DNA of 64,000 nt from an uncultured Bacteroidales bacterium (GCA_963790105.1 CAWBNI010000015.1:1434-65433), one strand, 5' to 3'. Positions 38,316-50,637 are shown, counted from the first letter of the stretch. Made by a program: numbers and translations. Notes: generated from the letters alone by a model not told the origin.

Positions 38316-41300
38316 GTGGCTTTAGCTGAACTCATTCAACATTACAGGCAACATCCCTCATGCAGCGATCTGGCCTCGCTTTTAATTTCCAATAACAACC
38401 GGAAAATTCTTTGTTCCGGGCTGACAGGTTCATCCAAAAGCCTGCTGACAGCTGCCATTATACCCCGGCTTGCCGGAATTCACCTTATCATGATGCCGGA
38501 TAAAGAAGATTCAGCTTATTTTTATAATGATCTGGTTAATTTGCTGGACAGTGACCACGTTCTTTTCTTTCCGTCTTCATTCAAGCGTTCTGTTCATTAT
38601 AACCAGCTTGATAACGGAAATATAATTCTTCGTACAAATGTTATAAACCGGCTGGGAACATTTAACGGTGCAAAGGAGGATTATCTGGTCCTGGTCACCT
38701 ATCCGGAAGGACTTTCTGAAAAGGTGATCACCCATAAGAAGCTGAAGAAAAACACACTGCAGCTGATCAAGGGAGAAAAGATCCCGGTGTCTTTTGTGGC
38801 AGAGGTCATGGAGGAATACCGGTTCACCCAGGTCGACTTTGTTTATGAACCAGGTCAGTATTCGGTCAGGGGCAGCATTTTTGATATATTTTCATTCTCA
38901 AGTCCGGATCCTTACCGGATCGATTTTTTTGGGGATGAGGTAGAAACCATCCGTACATTTGATGTGGAAACCCAGCTGTCAAAGGGTTTTCTCGAAAAAA
39001 TAAATATCCTTCCCAACATCCAGGAACTTACACTCGAAGATGTAAGCGAACCCCTTACAGATTATCTTGATCCATCCGCGATCCTTTGGATCCAGGACAT
39101 CCGGTATTCGACCGATAAACTGAATGATATTTTTGAAGCCATTTCCCATCGGGCTGAAAAGAGTGAAGAAATCGTTCCTCTTTCGGGCAGTCAGCTGACT
39201 ACAGGCCGGTACCTGCTTGGAAAAATTCCGGATTTCAGGCTGATCGAGTTCGGGGCCAAAAGCTTTTATCCTGACAGCAAAATCCTTACGTTTAACACAA
39301 CGCCGCAACCTGCATTTAACAAAAACTTCAACCTTCTGGCAGAGGATTTGGTGGCTCTTACAGCCGGTGGATATAAAAATTATATAATCAGCGATAATGA
39401 AAAGCAGATTGAGCGGCTCACCTCCATATTTCACGATATTAACCACAATATCCGGTTTACTCCCCTCCTGAAAACCCTGCATGAAGGATTCATTGACCGG
39501 GATCTGCTGATCAGCTGTTATACCGATCACCAGATTTTCGAACGATATCATAAATATACCCTGCAGAATTATTTCTCCAACCGGGGTGCCATCACGCTCA
39601 AAGAATTAAAGGGACTGCAGCCCGGAGATTATGTAGTGCATATCGACCATGGGATCGCCAAATTTGGCGGCCTGGAGAAAATTGATATCAATGGAAAGAT
39701 GCAGGAATCGGCTCGTCTTGTATACCAGGATAATGACATTCTGTATGTAAGCATTCACGCGTTACACCGCATTTCAAAATACAAGGGGAAGGAAAACGAA
39801 CCCCCCAGGTTATACAAACTGGGAACCGGCGCCTGGCAGAAGCTGAAACAAAATACCCGGAAAAAGATAAAGGATATTGCCCGTGAACTGATCGATCTGT
39901 ATGCCAGGCGAAAAATGCAGAAAGGATTTGCCTTTGCACCGGATACCTATATGCAAACGGAGCTGGAAGCCTCTTTTATCTATGAAGATACGCCTGACCA
40001 GGTAAAAGCTACAAAGGTCATCAAGGAGGATATGGAATCTGAAAATCCGATGGACCGGCTGGTGTGCGGCGATGTGGGATTTGGTAAAACGGAGGTTGCG
40101 GTGCGCGCTGCCTTTAAGGCGGTTGCCGACAATAAGCAGGTGGCCATCCTTGTTCCAACCACCATCCTGGCCCTTCAGCATTATCATACATTTCGCGACC
40201 GGTTAAAGGATTTTCCATGTAATGTGGAATATATTAACCGGTTTAAAAAAGGAAGCCAGCAAACCGATATTATCAAAAGGCTGGCTGACGGAAAAATCGA
40301 TATCATTATTGGCACCCATCGTTTGCTGGGATCTGATTTAAAATTCAAAGATCTTGGATTGCTGGTGGTGGATGAAGAGCAAAAGTTTGGTGTGTCGGCC
40401 AAAGAAAAGCTGAAAAACTTAAAACTGAACGTTGACACACTGACGCTGACAGCTACCCCCATTCCAAGAACACTGCAATTTTCACTTATGGGCGCACGCG
40501 ACCTTTCCGTCATTAATACACCCCCGCCCAACCGGCATCCGATTGTCACCGAACTGCATACCTTCAATGATGATATTGTACGCGAGGGTATTGATTATGA
40601 AATCTCACGCGGGGGACAGGTATTCTTTATAAATAACAGGGTACAGAATATTAACGAGGTGGAAATGCTCATCCGGAAGTTATGCCCGGGTGTTAAGACC
40701 TGCGTGGCGCATGGCCAGATGGAAGGTCCTGAACTTGAAAAAGCAATGACCGACTTTATACGTGGTGATTATGATGTGCTGGTCGCCACGGCCATTATTG
40801 AATCCGGACTGGACATCCCCAATGCAAATACTATTTTCATTAACAACGCCCATCATTTCGGACTGAGCGATCTGCACCAGTTACGGGGCAGAGTTGGCCG
40901 GTCAAATAAAAAAGCATTCTGCTACCTGCTGTCACCTGCACCTACCCTGTTAACACCGGAAGCCCGGCGAAGGCTGAAAGCAGTTGAGGAATTATCTGAC
41001 CTTGGAAGCGGTTTCAATATCGCATTGCAGGACCTTGACATCAGGGGTGCCGGTAATATGCTGGGTGGAGAACAGAGCGGATTCATTGCTGACATTGGCT
41101 TTGAAACCTACAACCGCATCCTGAATGAAGCCATGCAGGAACTGAAAGATACCGAATATCCTGATTTGTTTCCTGCCAAAGAGACTGTTGACGGGGAAGG
41201 TGAGAATGTATTTGTGGAAGATTGCCAGATTGATACGGACCTTGAACTTCTTTTCCCTGAAGAATATATTTCAAATATTTCCGAAAGGATGAACCTGTAC

Positions 41301-41673
41301 AGGGAACTTGACCAGATTCAGCGTCAGGAAGACCTGCATCTGTTTGAAAAAGGATTGATCGACCGCTTCGGCCCGTTGCCGGGTCCAAGTCAGGATCTTC
41401 TTGCAGGTGGTTAATTTGCGCCAGCTGGCAAACCGGCTGGGCTTTGAAAAGATTGTATTGAAAAACGGAAAGATGATCGGGTATTTTGTTTCAAACCAGG
41501 ATTCTCCCCTGTATAAATCAAAGGTATTTACCCGGATTCTGAGTTTTGTTCAAAAACAACCGCGTCTTTTCAGGATGAAGGAACAGAACAATAAACTCAC
41601 GCTGGCCTGCGAGCCCATCCACTCTGTAACGGCCGCCTGTGAGCTGCTCAAAACATTATACACAGGAGAATAA
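38316..41673 (+). CDS. mfd: Transcription-repair coupling factor; indel near 41400
   Basis: VVHIDHG, GDVGFGKTE, DEEQKFG, TATPIPRT, HQLRGRVGR, DLDIRGAG, TRCF C-terminus. TAATTTTG at 38284-38291. Confidence 0.97.
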
Positions 41674-41699
41674 TGTTGCCAGGGTGTTATTTCTTGCTT

Positions 41700-41939
41700 T
41701 TAAATAACAGGGCGAGGATAATAGCTGTGCCGCTGACAATGAGTCCCAATGAAAATATATCCATAGCGGATATTTTTCATCCCATCGCCAATTGCATTGT
41801 TCACATCAATTACTATCGTAAAGGCAACAATCATAAAAAATAAACCCAACAAGGCAATCAGAAAATTCCTAATCCCCCTCATTTTTGTTCTGAGCTTTGA
41901 CTTGCCGTAGATTTTCTTTTCGAAATCGGAATATATCAT
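41700..41939 (-). CDS. Small membrane protein (3' end probably shifted)
   Basis: Basic N-terminus followed by a strongly hydrophobic segment. Confidence 0.4.
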   Translation of the reverse strand: MIYSDFEKKIYGKSKLRTKMRGIRNFLIALLGLFFMIVAFTIVIDVNNAIGDGMKNIRYGYIFIGTHCQRHSYYPRPVI

Positions 41940-42066
41940 GCTGCTGATTTTATTGATTGACCTGAATGAAATTCACTTCAAAGCGGGAAAATTAAACTAT
42001 TTTACAGTAATAATGTCAAAATTAAATTAACAATTTTAAATTTGTTGTGAGATGTAGTTTATTTAT

Positions 42067-43481
42067 ATGTTTGGTATCAGCGTTTCCCTCTCCTTTCTTC
42101 TGCTCTTCTGTGTCCTTTTAGCCCTGACTTTTGAATTTATAAATGGATTCCATGATACGGCCAACGCTGTTGCTACTGTTATTTATACCCATGCACTGAA
42201 ACCCGGTACAGCTGTTATATGGTCGGGGATCTGGAATTTCATAGGGGTGAATATCGGTGGTATTGCCGTGGCAATTGGAATAGTTAACCTTCTGCCGGTT
42301 GAAGCACTCACGGATACAAACATTCAGCATAACCTGGCCATGGTAATGGCCCTTTTGATCACTGCAATTATATGGAACATCGGAACCTGGTACCTCGGAA
42401 TTCCCTGTTCCAGCTCCCATGCATTGATCGGTTCTATCACCGGAGTGAGCCTGGCTTATATAATGCTTCCCGGAAATCATGATATTACATTAAGCTGGCA
42501 TAAGGTGGCAGAAGCCGGACTGTCTCTGATCATATCTCCCATTATCGGATTTGTGCAGCGATGTTCTTTATGCAGGTCTTTAACAAAACGGTAACCAATA
42601 AGGCAATCTTTAAGGAGGCGCCCGCGAAAAAAGCACCCCCACTCTGGATCCGGTCAATACTGATCCTTTCAAGTACTTTTGTCAGCTTCTCCCATGGATC
42701 AAATGATGGGCAGAAAGGGGTTGGGCTGATGATGATTATTCTTATTGCCATTGTGCCAGTGAAGTTTTCCCTTAATATGACAAAGGATCCTGCGCAGCTC
42801 AGGCATAATGTGGATAATCTGATGCGGTTAACCTCCGAAATAGAGGCTGCAAAACTGACCCCTGCTGAAAGGGATGCCTGGGACAGGATCAGAATTAATC
42901 TCGATTCTCTGAATCAAAGGATGGTGGGTGTGAGTACATTCAAACAGATTAGCACTTCAGGCTTGATGAACACCCGAAAAGACATCCTTGTTTTTTCAAA
43001 ACAATCGGCTTTACTGAAAAATCACCTGGCTGAAAGCAGCAGGAACGTGGTAACAAAAAATTGGATCAATGATTTTTCAAAACAGACTAAAGAGATCAGA
43101 ATATATACGGAATATTCCCCCTGGTGGGTGATTTTCATGATTTCGATTGCCCTGGGACTGGGAACCATGATTGGATGGAAGAGGATTGTGGTAACTATTG
43201 GTGAAAAAATAGGAAAAACACACCTGAACTACGCACAGGGCACTATCGCCAATCTGATTGCCGCAGGAACAATTTCAGCATCCAGCGGATTTGGCCTGCC
43301 GGTGAGTACTACGCATGTTCTGTCTTCAGGTATCGCTGGCAGCATGGTGTCAGGAAACGGAATGAAAAACCTTCAGACTAAAACAATTACATCAATTGCC
43401 ATTGCCTGGATCATCACCATTCCTGCCACTGTTCTGATGGCAGGCCTGTTATTCCTTCTTTTCAGGGTGATGCTGGGATGA
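42067..43481 (+). CDS. pitA: Inorganic phosphate transporter (PiT family); indel near 42560
   Basis: GFHDTANAVAT, PCSSSH, HGSNDGQK, GLPVSTTH. Confidence 0.92.
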
Positions 43482-43501
43482 TTTTCTCACACAACAATTA
43501 A

Positions 43502-44392
43502 TCAATACAGCTTAATGGCAGCCAGCTTTTGTTCATATTTTTGAACTACCAGTTCCTGTGCTGCAATTTTTGTCTTCACTTCCTCCTGCAGTTTTTGCTT
43601 TTCAGGAATTTCCTTTTCTGCATCTTCAATTGTCTTATCGGCCTTTTTGATCTTCTTCTCTGATGATTCGATATCGTTCCCCAGTTTCCTTTTCCTCTTG
43701 TCGAGATCCTTTAGGTATTTTGTCTTTTCATCTTTTAAGTTGCCATCGGTGAGAGAAGCAAGTTGCGTATTCTGATTGTCGATTTCTGAAGCCAGGGTTT
43801 CAAGTTCAGCATTGAAGGCACTTATATTGTCTTTCTCCTCTTTTATTGACTTTTCTGATGACTTGATGTCCTCCTTAAGATTTGATTCACTTTTTTCATA
43901 CTCCGAAAGCATTTTCTTCAGCTGACGAAGCGTATCTTCCTCAACCTTCAGCTGCGAACTTGGCTGTTTCAATATACTGGTTTTTGGCAAACTCTTTCAG
44001 ATAGTTTTGCAGCTCCTAACATCTCAGTAGACTGCTTTTCGACATATACGTCCTTTTTCAGTTCCACAACCGCACGCAGTTCTACCAGCGAATCCAGGTT
44101 GTTCAGCTTACTGTATATATTTACTGGTGTGGGGGACAGGTTTTTCAACATTTGCGCCAAAAATGGACCATTCCCCATTTTCTATGACCACCTTGGATTT
44201 TGTTTTTGCCTCAAGTTCCTTCTTCCAGTCCTTCTGTAGTTTCTCGTAATTGGCTTCAGGAACAGTTACAACAACCCCGGGATATTTATTCTTTCCGAAG
44301 GTTACGCTATCTTCATAAACACGGATTGGTTGCTGAGCGAAAACGCCCGGAACAAAAATTAGGGTAAGCAGCAGGGAAGGTATATTTTTCAT
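43502..44392 (-). CDS. Secreted protein with a long C-terminal coiled coil; indels
   Basis: Signal peptide (GVFA-QQ); K/E-rich heptad region in ORF 43502-43990. Confidence 0.65.
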
Positions 44393-44510
44393 GGCTTCAG
44401 GTTTTATATGGATAGACGCAGAAAAGACATTGTTGTTCATAAATTTACGAAAAATTTCCGTATATCGCCCAAAATAAGTACCTTAACCCTTTCACCTAAA
44501 TCTTATTCCT

Positions 44511-44882
44511 ATGGAAGAATCAACCATGAAAAAGCACGTTACCTTTGTGGCTGCCTTGCACATTGGATTTAGCATTATTGGCATTTTTGGTGCATTTGCG
44601 CTGTTTTTCATTCTAAGATTTGCCGGTTCATTTGTAGAAGATGTGGATGTGGCAAATACCGTACTCCATTTTGTAGGTATTTTTCTACCCTTTGTAATCT
44701 TAGTGGTTTCAATAATTGGTTTAGCTGGTGGAATCGGACTGATGGGTTACAAAAAATGGGCACGTATCCTGGTACTCATCATATCCGCCGTTGATTGCCT
44801 GAACATTCCGCTGGGTACTCTGGTGGGAGTTTATTCCATCTGGGCACTTATGCAGGATGAGTCGGTTAAATTATTTAGCTGA
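44511..44882 (+). CDS. Small integral membrane protein
   Basis: 3-4 hydrophobic segments, GIGLMGYKKWAR, NIPLGTLVGVYSIWAL. Confidence 0.75.
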   Translation: MEESTMKKHVTFVAALHIGFSIIGIFGAFALFFILRFAGSFVEDVDVANTVLHFVGIFLPFVILVVSIIGLAGGIGLMGYKKWARILVLIISAVDCLNIPLGTLVGVYSIWALMQDESVKLFS

Positions 44883-44900
44883 CCAATATTTTAGGTTGAT

Positions 44901-44927
44901 TGAACCATAACCGTATGTCTGGTGTAC
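44901..44927 (+). promoter_or_regulatory. Putative ECF promoter TGAACC-N14-GGTGTAC upstream of the DUF2723 gene
   Basis: Same boxes and spacing as 50637-50611; lies 25 nt before ATG 44953. Confidence 0.7.
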
Positions 44928-44952
44928 TGAAGTGCATATATCAAAAAAAGAT

Positions 44953-47907
44953 ATGCATTTCAAAAAAATCAACACCTTTTGCGGTTGGCTTGTATTTTTT
45001 ACTGCCTCAATAGTCTATCTTAAAACCCTTGAACCATCGGTCAGTTTCTGGGACTGTGGTGAATTTATCTCCTGTGCCTTCAAATTAGAGATTGGCCACC
45101 AGCCGGGTGCACCCTTTTTCCTGCTCCTGGGCAGGTTGTTTTCCATTTTTGCAGGTAACCACCCTGAAATGGTGGCGAAAATGATCAATAGCCTCTCGGC
45201 ATTAGCCTCTGGTTTCACGATAATGTTCCTTTACTGGACAATTACCCGCCTGACGGATAAACTGATGACGGGGGACCAGGATTCCCGGCATTATCCGTTC
45301 GGTTATAATAATTGCTTCGGGCATGACCGGGGCCCTGGTATGCACTTTTTCCGATACATTCTGGTTTTCGGCGGTGGAAGGTGAGGTATATGCCACATCA
45401 GCCCTGTTTACGTCGGTTGCATTCTGGGCCATCCTGAAATGGGAAGAAGCGGAGGAAAGCGATACAAGTGACCGGTGGATACTTTTAATCCTGTTTCTCA
45501 TGGGACTTTCCATCGGTGTACATTTGCTGAATGTGCTTACACATTCCTGCCATCGGACTTGTTTACTATTTTAAGAAATACCCGGTCAGCACCAAAGGAT
45601 TTTTGGCAGCAATTGTTTTTTCTTTTGCCCTGTTATATTCCCTTGTATTCATATTGATCCCGCTTCTCATAAGGTTTGCATGCCTGGTTTGACCTGCTGT
45701 TTGTAAATGGTTTCGGACTTCCGTATAATTCCGGCAGTCTGTTCTATATTTTGCTGCTTGCTTCTGCTTTTGTTCTCCTGCTGAGATATTCTCATAAACG
45801 AAAAAAAATAGTTCTGAATAAGATCATCCTTGGATTTATGGTCTTTTGCATTGGTTACTCATCCTATATCATGCTGGCGATCAGGGCTGATGCCAATCCT
45901 CCCATCAACCTGAGCAGGGTAAGAGATCCGTTCAGCCTGCTGGGCTATATCACGCGTGAACAATATGTATCCAGGCCCCTTGTATATGGACCTTATTATA
46001 ATGCCCCGGTTACCGGATATAAACCAGGGCATACCTATATCCCCTGGGAAGGGAAATATAAAAGAACAGAGAATAATGGCAGGTATGAATATGACAAAAG
46101 ATTTATGACCTTTTTCCCCAGGATGTCAAGCGACGATCCCCAGGATATTGCAGCCTATAAAAAGTGGGCAAATATAAAAGGCAAACCTTTGCCCGTCGTG
46201 AACCGGGAAGGCAAACGGGAAATCATAATGAAACCCTTGTTCAGCGAAAATCTTCGCTATTTTTTCAAATACCAGGTGGGGTATATGTACTGGCGATATT
46301 TCATGTGGAATTTCGCCGGACGGCAAACCGAAAACCAGGGAAATGGAAATATTCTAAACGGAAACTGGATCAGTGGTATATCCATGGATTGATGAAATGA
46401 GGCTGGGTCCGCAGGAAAACTATCCTGATACGCTTCGCGCAAACAAGGGCAGAAATGTATATTATCTGTTGCCCCTTTTGCTTGGATTATGCGGATTAAT
46501 TTATCAGTTCAACCGAAGTAAAAGAGATTTCAGCGTGGTTCTGACATTTTTCATAATGACAGGTATGGCTATTGTGGTTTACCTGAATGAAATTCCGGTA
46601 ACACCTCGTGAAAGGGATTATGCGATGGGAGGTTCTTTTTATGTTTATTGCATTTGGATTGGCATGGGGGTGGCGGCTTTGACCGGATTTTTAAAAAAGA
46701 GGATCCCTGTCCTTATCAGCCTGGGACTTATAATTTGCCTCTGTGTTATTTTAATTCCTGGCCTGATGGCAAAGGAGAATTTTGATGATCATAATCGGTC
46801 AGGCCGTTATGTAGCCAGGGATTTTGCCTATGACTACCTGAATTCCTGCGCTCCCAATGCCATCCTGTTTACCAATGCCGACAATGATACTTATCCGCTC
46901 TGGTATGCCCAGGAAGTGGAAGGAATCAGGACCGACGTAAGGGTCATCCTTGCTCCCTTTTTAAGTGCCGACTGGTACATCGCTCAAATGTCGGATTGGC
47001 ATGAACTGGCCTCACCCGTCCCTACAACCATCGGAATTAATAAATACGCTTCCGGAAAAATCAATTCTGTACCCTATTATAAAAGGACGGATCAATATGC
47101 AAACCTGAAAGATGTTTTAGAATTCATTAAAAGTGATGATCCGCGAACCATGATCAGGGCTTCTGATGACTCGGGAATCAATTATTACCCTACCAGTTTG
47201 TTTCAGAATACCGGTTAATGGGGATGCTGAAATTAAGGCGGGAAGCGCACAGTCAGTAGAATTTGAAGTAAAAAAAAGCTATCTTCTTAAAAATGAACTG
47301 GTCGTTTTGGACATCCTGGCGACCAATAACTGGGAACGACCGGTTTATTTTCTGTCAACCCAGGTACCCAGATCATTGGGATTAGAAAACTACCTGCAAC
47401 TGGATGGATTTGCCTATCGCCTGGTTCCCTGTAAGACTCAGCCAACTGATGAGTTTTCAGAAGTGGGACGTGTGGATGCTGATTCTCTTTATGATAAACT
47501 GATGAACCGGTTCAGATGGGGAAATATGAATGATCCGAACATATTCATGGATTATAATACGGTGAGAACGACCAATATTCTTGGCATCCGAAGCTGTTTT
47601 TCCCGGCTGGCAAATGAGCTTGCAAAACAAGGCAACCGCGAAAAGGCGATCCGGGTATTGGACCGATGCATGGAACTGATGCCGAATCATTCAGTACCCT
47701 ATGATATATTTATGCTGCCTGTTATCCAGGCATATTATAATGCCGGAGATACTAGTAAAGGCAAAACAGATTTCAGACGAATACAAGGCGATTCTGGAAA
47801 AGGAATTGAATTATTACAATTCTCTGAATGATCATTGGAAGAAAGGAGTGGAATATGAGAAGAGGTATACTGAATATATAATGCAGGAACTAAATCGTTT
47901 GCAGTGA
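44953..47907 (+). CDS. DUF2723 (TMEM260-like, GT-C fold) membrane glycosyltransferase; several indels
   Basis: SFWDCGEFI, HQPGAPFF, FWFSAVEGEVYA, IGVHLLN, REQY, RYFMWNFAGRQ, PRERDY, DNDTYPLWY. Confidence 0.9.
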
Positions 47908-47930
47908 TTCTCTTCGATATTGTAAGACGG

Positions 47931-47964
47931 AAAAAAAAAACCGGTGAATGCCATCACCGGTTTT
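47931..47964. terminator. Bidirectional intrinsic terminator
   Basis: A10-CCGGTGA-loop-TCACCGG-TTTT between convergent genes. Confidence 0.8.
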
Positions 47965-48001
47965 GACTGAAATATATGTTGAAAAAACTAATGCTCTCTT
48001 T

Positions 48002-48396
48002 TTAGTTTATCGAAGCGGTAAATCGAACCGACTCTTCAATTTGTGAATTCAGATTGTCAAGGTTCTGCAATGCATCGGCTACCTCGAAATTCTCATTTAT
48101 GGCTGGTGATGTATATTTAACCAGGCTTGCCATGGAACCGAAAAGATCTTCCAGTCTGGATTCAGCAGTCACAGTTTCGAAATTTTCTGACAATACAGGG
48201 GCGTTAAATTCAACGGCCTTTTCAATTTCATTATTGAAGGCATGGCAAGTTGACAGGAAGCTGTCTTAATTTCATTCATTTCAGAATTGCTGTTCTTTAC
48301 GGAAGCTGCCTGCATCGGCAATAAGGAAGCAAAAAGAATGGTTACGGAAGCAAAGGTAACTGCTGCGATCTGGTTTAAGTTTTTTGTTGTTTTCAT
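48002..48396 (-). CDS. Small secreted acidic protein with 3 x ~31-aa repeats (paralogue A); indel near 48240
   Basis: Signal peptide (LLPMQA-A); colinear with 48642-49031 after one frame correction. Confidence 0.8.
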
Positions 48397-48448
48397 GGCT
48401 GGTTATATTTTCTTTGTTTTTGTTTCGTGTTTGATGTTAATTACATTA

Positions 48449-48466
48449 ACACGAACCGTGCCAAAG
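48449..48466 (-). promoter_or_regulatory. Sigma54-like -24/-12 element (CTTTGGCACGGTTCGTGT)
   Basis: TGGCAC with a G 11 nt after GG; the -12 box is GT rather than GC. Paralleled at 49083-49100. Confidence 0.5.
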
Positions 48467-48572
48467 ATCGTATATTACTCATTTATTGTTTTTTACGTAG
48501 CTATTCGTATTTTTTTGACCTGCCTGGAATTGTAAGGATATGGGCACTGCCTGTACGGAATCGAACATATAC

Positions 48573-48637
48573 CACCCCGACGGGGTCCCCCCCTACCCAC
48601 CCCGACGGGGTGGGTAGGGGGGGATCCCGTCGGGGTG
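48573..48637. repeat. GC-rich 31-bp-stem palindrome (REP-like)
   Basis: caccccgacggggtccccccctacccacccc-GAC-ggggtgggtagggggggatcccgtcggggtg, one mismatch. Confidence 0.9.
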
Positions 48638-48641
48638 TCAT

Positions 48642-49031
48642 TTATTTGGAAGCGGTATATCTGATATTCTGTTCAATTTCAGAATTCAGGTTATCCAGGT
48701 ATTCAATTGCGGAGACTGTTTCGTAATCATCATTTACTACCGGAGAACTATAAGCAGCCTCCTTTTCAACGGAACCAAACAGATCTTTCAATTGGAATTC
48801 AGCATCCATCATTTCAAAATTCTCCGACAAAGCCGGTGCAGTAAATTCAACCGATTTTTCTACTTCATTATTGAACAGGGCAAGTTGAACGGAGGCTGTC
48901 TGAATTTCGCTTAATTCTGCACTTTCATTTTTGCCGTCTGCTGCATTCAAAGGCATCATTAAGGCAAAGAGGATAATCACGGCAATAAAGGCGATTATAT
49001 CTTTCCGGTCGATGTAAGTTGTTGTTTTCAT
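48642..49031 (-). CDS. Small secreted acidic protein with 3 x ~31-aa repeats (paralogue B)
   Basis: Signal peptide (MPLNA-A); repeat pattern E..E...A...L..L...vE....[FY]t.P. Confidence 0.85.
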   Translation of the reverse strand: MKTTTYIDRKDIIAFIAVIILFALMMPLNAADGKNESAELSEIQTASVQLALFNNEVEKSVEFTAPALSENFEMMDAEFQLKDLFGSVEKEAAYSSPVVNDDYETVSAIEYLDNLNSEIEQNIRYTASK

Positions 49032-49082
49032 GGCTGGTTATATTTTATTGTTTTTTGGTTTTCATTGTTTAATAACAAAATA

Positions 49083-49100
49083 TCATTAACCATGCCAAAG
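49083..49100 (-). promoter_or_regulatory. Sigma54-like -24/-12 element (CTTTGGCATGGTTAATGA)
   Basis: Shares CTTTGGCAYGGTT with 48449-48466 at nearly the same distance from the start codon. Confidence 0.5.
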
Positions 49101-49298
49101 CTTATATAATATTGATTTACAATTATATATATTTAACTATTAGTTATTATATTTCGTAAAATTGAAGCAGGGGTGTACAATTTGTGTTCGAAAATGGACA
49201 ATGAAAATCGCGGAAAATACATCGCTGGAGAAAGTAAAAGTAGAGATGGGTTTAAAACCCATCACTACATCATTATCTTTCAGGAAAATATTGGATTA

Positions 49299-49766
49299 TT
49301 ATTTATACTGCACTCTAAACGCAGTATCCTGTGCGGCGGGATGATGAAAGGAGGAGGAATCGCCAAGAGTGTCGGCCAGGAAAAATAAATGGATTTTTCT
49401 GTCCGGGGCCTGGCTGCTTTTGGGACCAAGGCCAATTAATACAAATAAAGCCAGGCTGACAATGCCATTTTTATTTCAATGTGCTGAGAAGAAAACAGCG
49501 GGAAGGAAAATATCCAGCATGGAATTCCTGGCGGGACCGGGAGGATGATCAATAGTTTTGACTCTTTGGTGAAGGATCTCCTGGATTTGCGGATCAGCCT
49601 CAAGTTGCAATTGATCGTCCGAAATAATCTGACGGAGGAGGGAATCAGAAATCAAACCCGTTTCCATACCGGATTCCTCTCTATAATTAACATAGCGCTT
49701 CCTGCCGACGGGATTTACAAGGCAAATCCTGTAAACAGTGTTGATCAGCTGCTTTATTTTTTTCAT
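49299..49766 (-). CDS. Putative anti-sigma factor (single TM); indels
   Basis: Starts 4 nt after the ECF stop; a reconstructed hydrophobic segment near 49470-49430 precedes a short polar tail. Role inferred from position. Confidence 0.5.
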
Positions 49767-49770
49767 ATCC

Positions 49771-50345
49771 TTATTCCTTTATCTTTAATTGAAGCCTTTC
49801 AGATATTTTTTTCCGGGTATAAAATAACTTTGATTTTACCGTTCCTTCAGGCAAATTAAGTACCTGGCCTATATCACGAACAGAAAAATCCTCCCTGTAA
49901 TATAATAGAAAAGCCGTCTTTTCAGTTTCTCCCAATTCATTGATCTCATTAAATATCTCCTCGGCAAGCTGCCGGTTCTCCTCATCCTGGCTATCCGTTG
50001 CCGTGTGATTATCCAAACCACCTTCCCAAACCATGTTTTTTCTGACAGATAAGCCGGCGGTATTCATTCTTGCACATGTTATGGGCAACTGAAAATAACC
50101 AGGTACAGAATCTTCGCGAAGAATCAAATTGATCAGGCCGTTCAATGATCTTCATGAATATATCCTGAAGAAAGTCTCCTGCCTTTTCATTAGAATTTCC
50201 CAGCATCCGGTAGAAATAATACAGCAACCGCTTCTGATAGCGGGCATAGAGCTCATCAAAAGCAGAGGATTCACCCCGGTGAATGGCAATCATCAGGTCC
50301 TCATCCTTTATATGACTGTATTTTCCTGATTTATGTAACGGCCAT
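49771..50345 (-). CDS. ECF-type RNA polymerase sigma factor; indels
   Basis: AFDELYARY, DFLQDIF, FCTWLFSVAHNMCKN (region 2); FSVRDIGQVLNLPEGTVKSKLFY (region 4). Confidence 0.92.
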
Positions 50346-50589
50346 TCCCGGTATGTTTCGATTTTCTTTTATCAGCCATAATGGCGTATATCATCATTGT
50401 GTAACCTGCAAGCAAAATCAGAGGAGACAACGTAATTCTTCTGAAGCTGTAAATATCCCTGTTAAATTCCCCTGCTCCGGAATTCCCTTTACCAGTCATC
50501 AGTAAAAAACCGGTAACGAGCAGTCCAATCGAAATTAAAATTAAAGAATAGTTTTTGCGCGTGAAAATGAAACCGCTGTTTTTGGCCAT
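50308..50589 (-). CDS. DUF3098 small membrane protein
   Basis: F.RKNY.LI.IG, GFLLM.G, FN.DIYSFRRITLSP, IYAIM. Confidence 0.85.
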   Translation of the reverse strand: MAKNSGFIFTRKNYSLILISIGLLVTGFLLMTGKGNSGAGEFNRDIYSFRRITLSPLILLAGYTMMIYAIMADKRKSKHTGNGRYINQENTVI

Positions 50590-50610
50590 TTTTTATGATT
50601 TTTTCACACT

Positions 50611-50637
50611 GTACACCTATGGGTTGCATTTGGTTCA
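50611..50637 (-). promoter_or_regulatory. Putative autoregulatory ECF promoter TGAACC-N14-GGTGTAC
   Basis: Lies 21 nt before the DUF3098 ATG and just downstream of a terminator; AAC in the -35 box is typical of ECF promoters. Confidence 0.7.

Noticed and set aside
43502-43990. SMC-like or defence coiled-coil ATPase
   Set aside because: No Walker motifs; it is the C-terminus of a signal-peptide-bearing protein.
48287-48726. Plus-strand ORFs spanning the palindrome
   Set aside because: Antisense to the real paralogues, with low-complexity translation through the hairpin.
49160-49180. Third GGTGTAC as another ECF promoter
   Set aside because: No TGAACC 14 nt upstream and no credible downstream gene on that strand.
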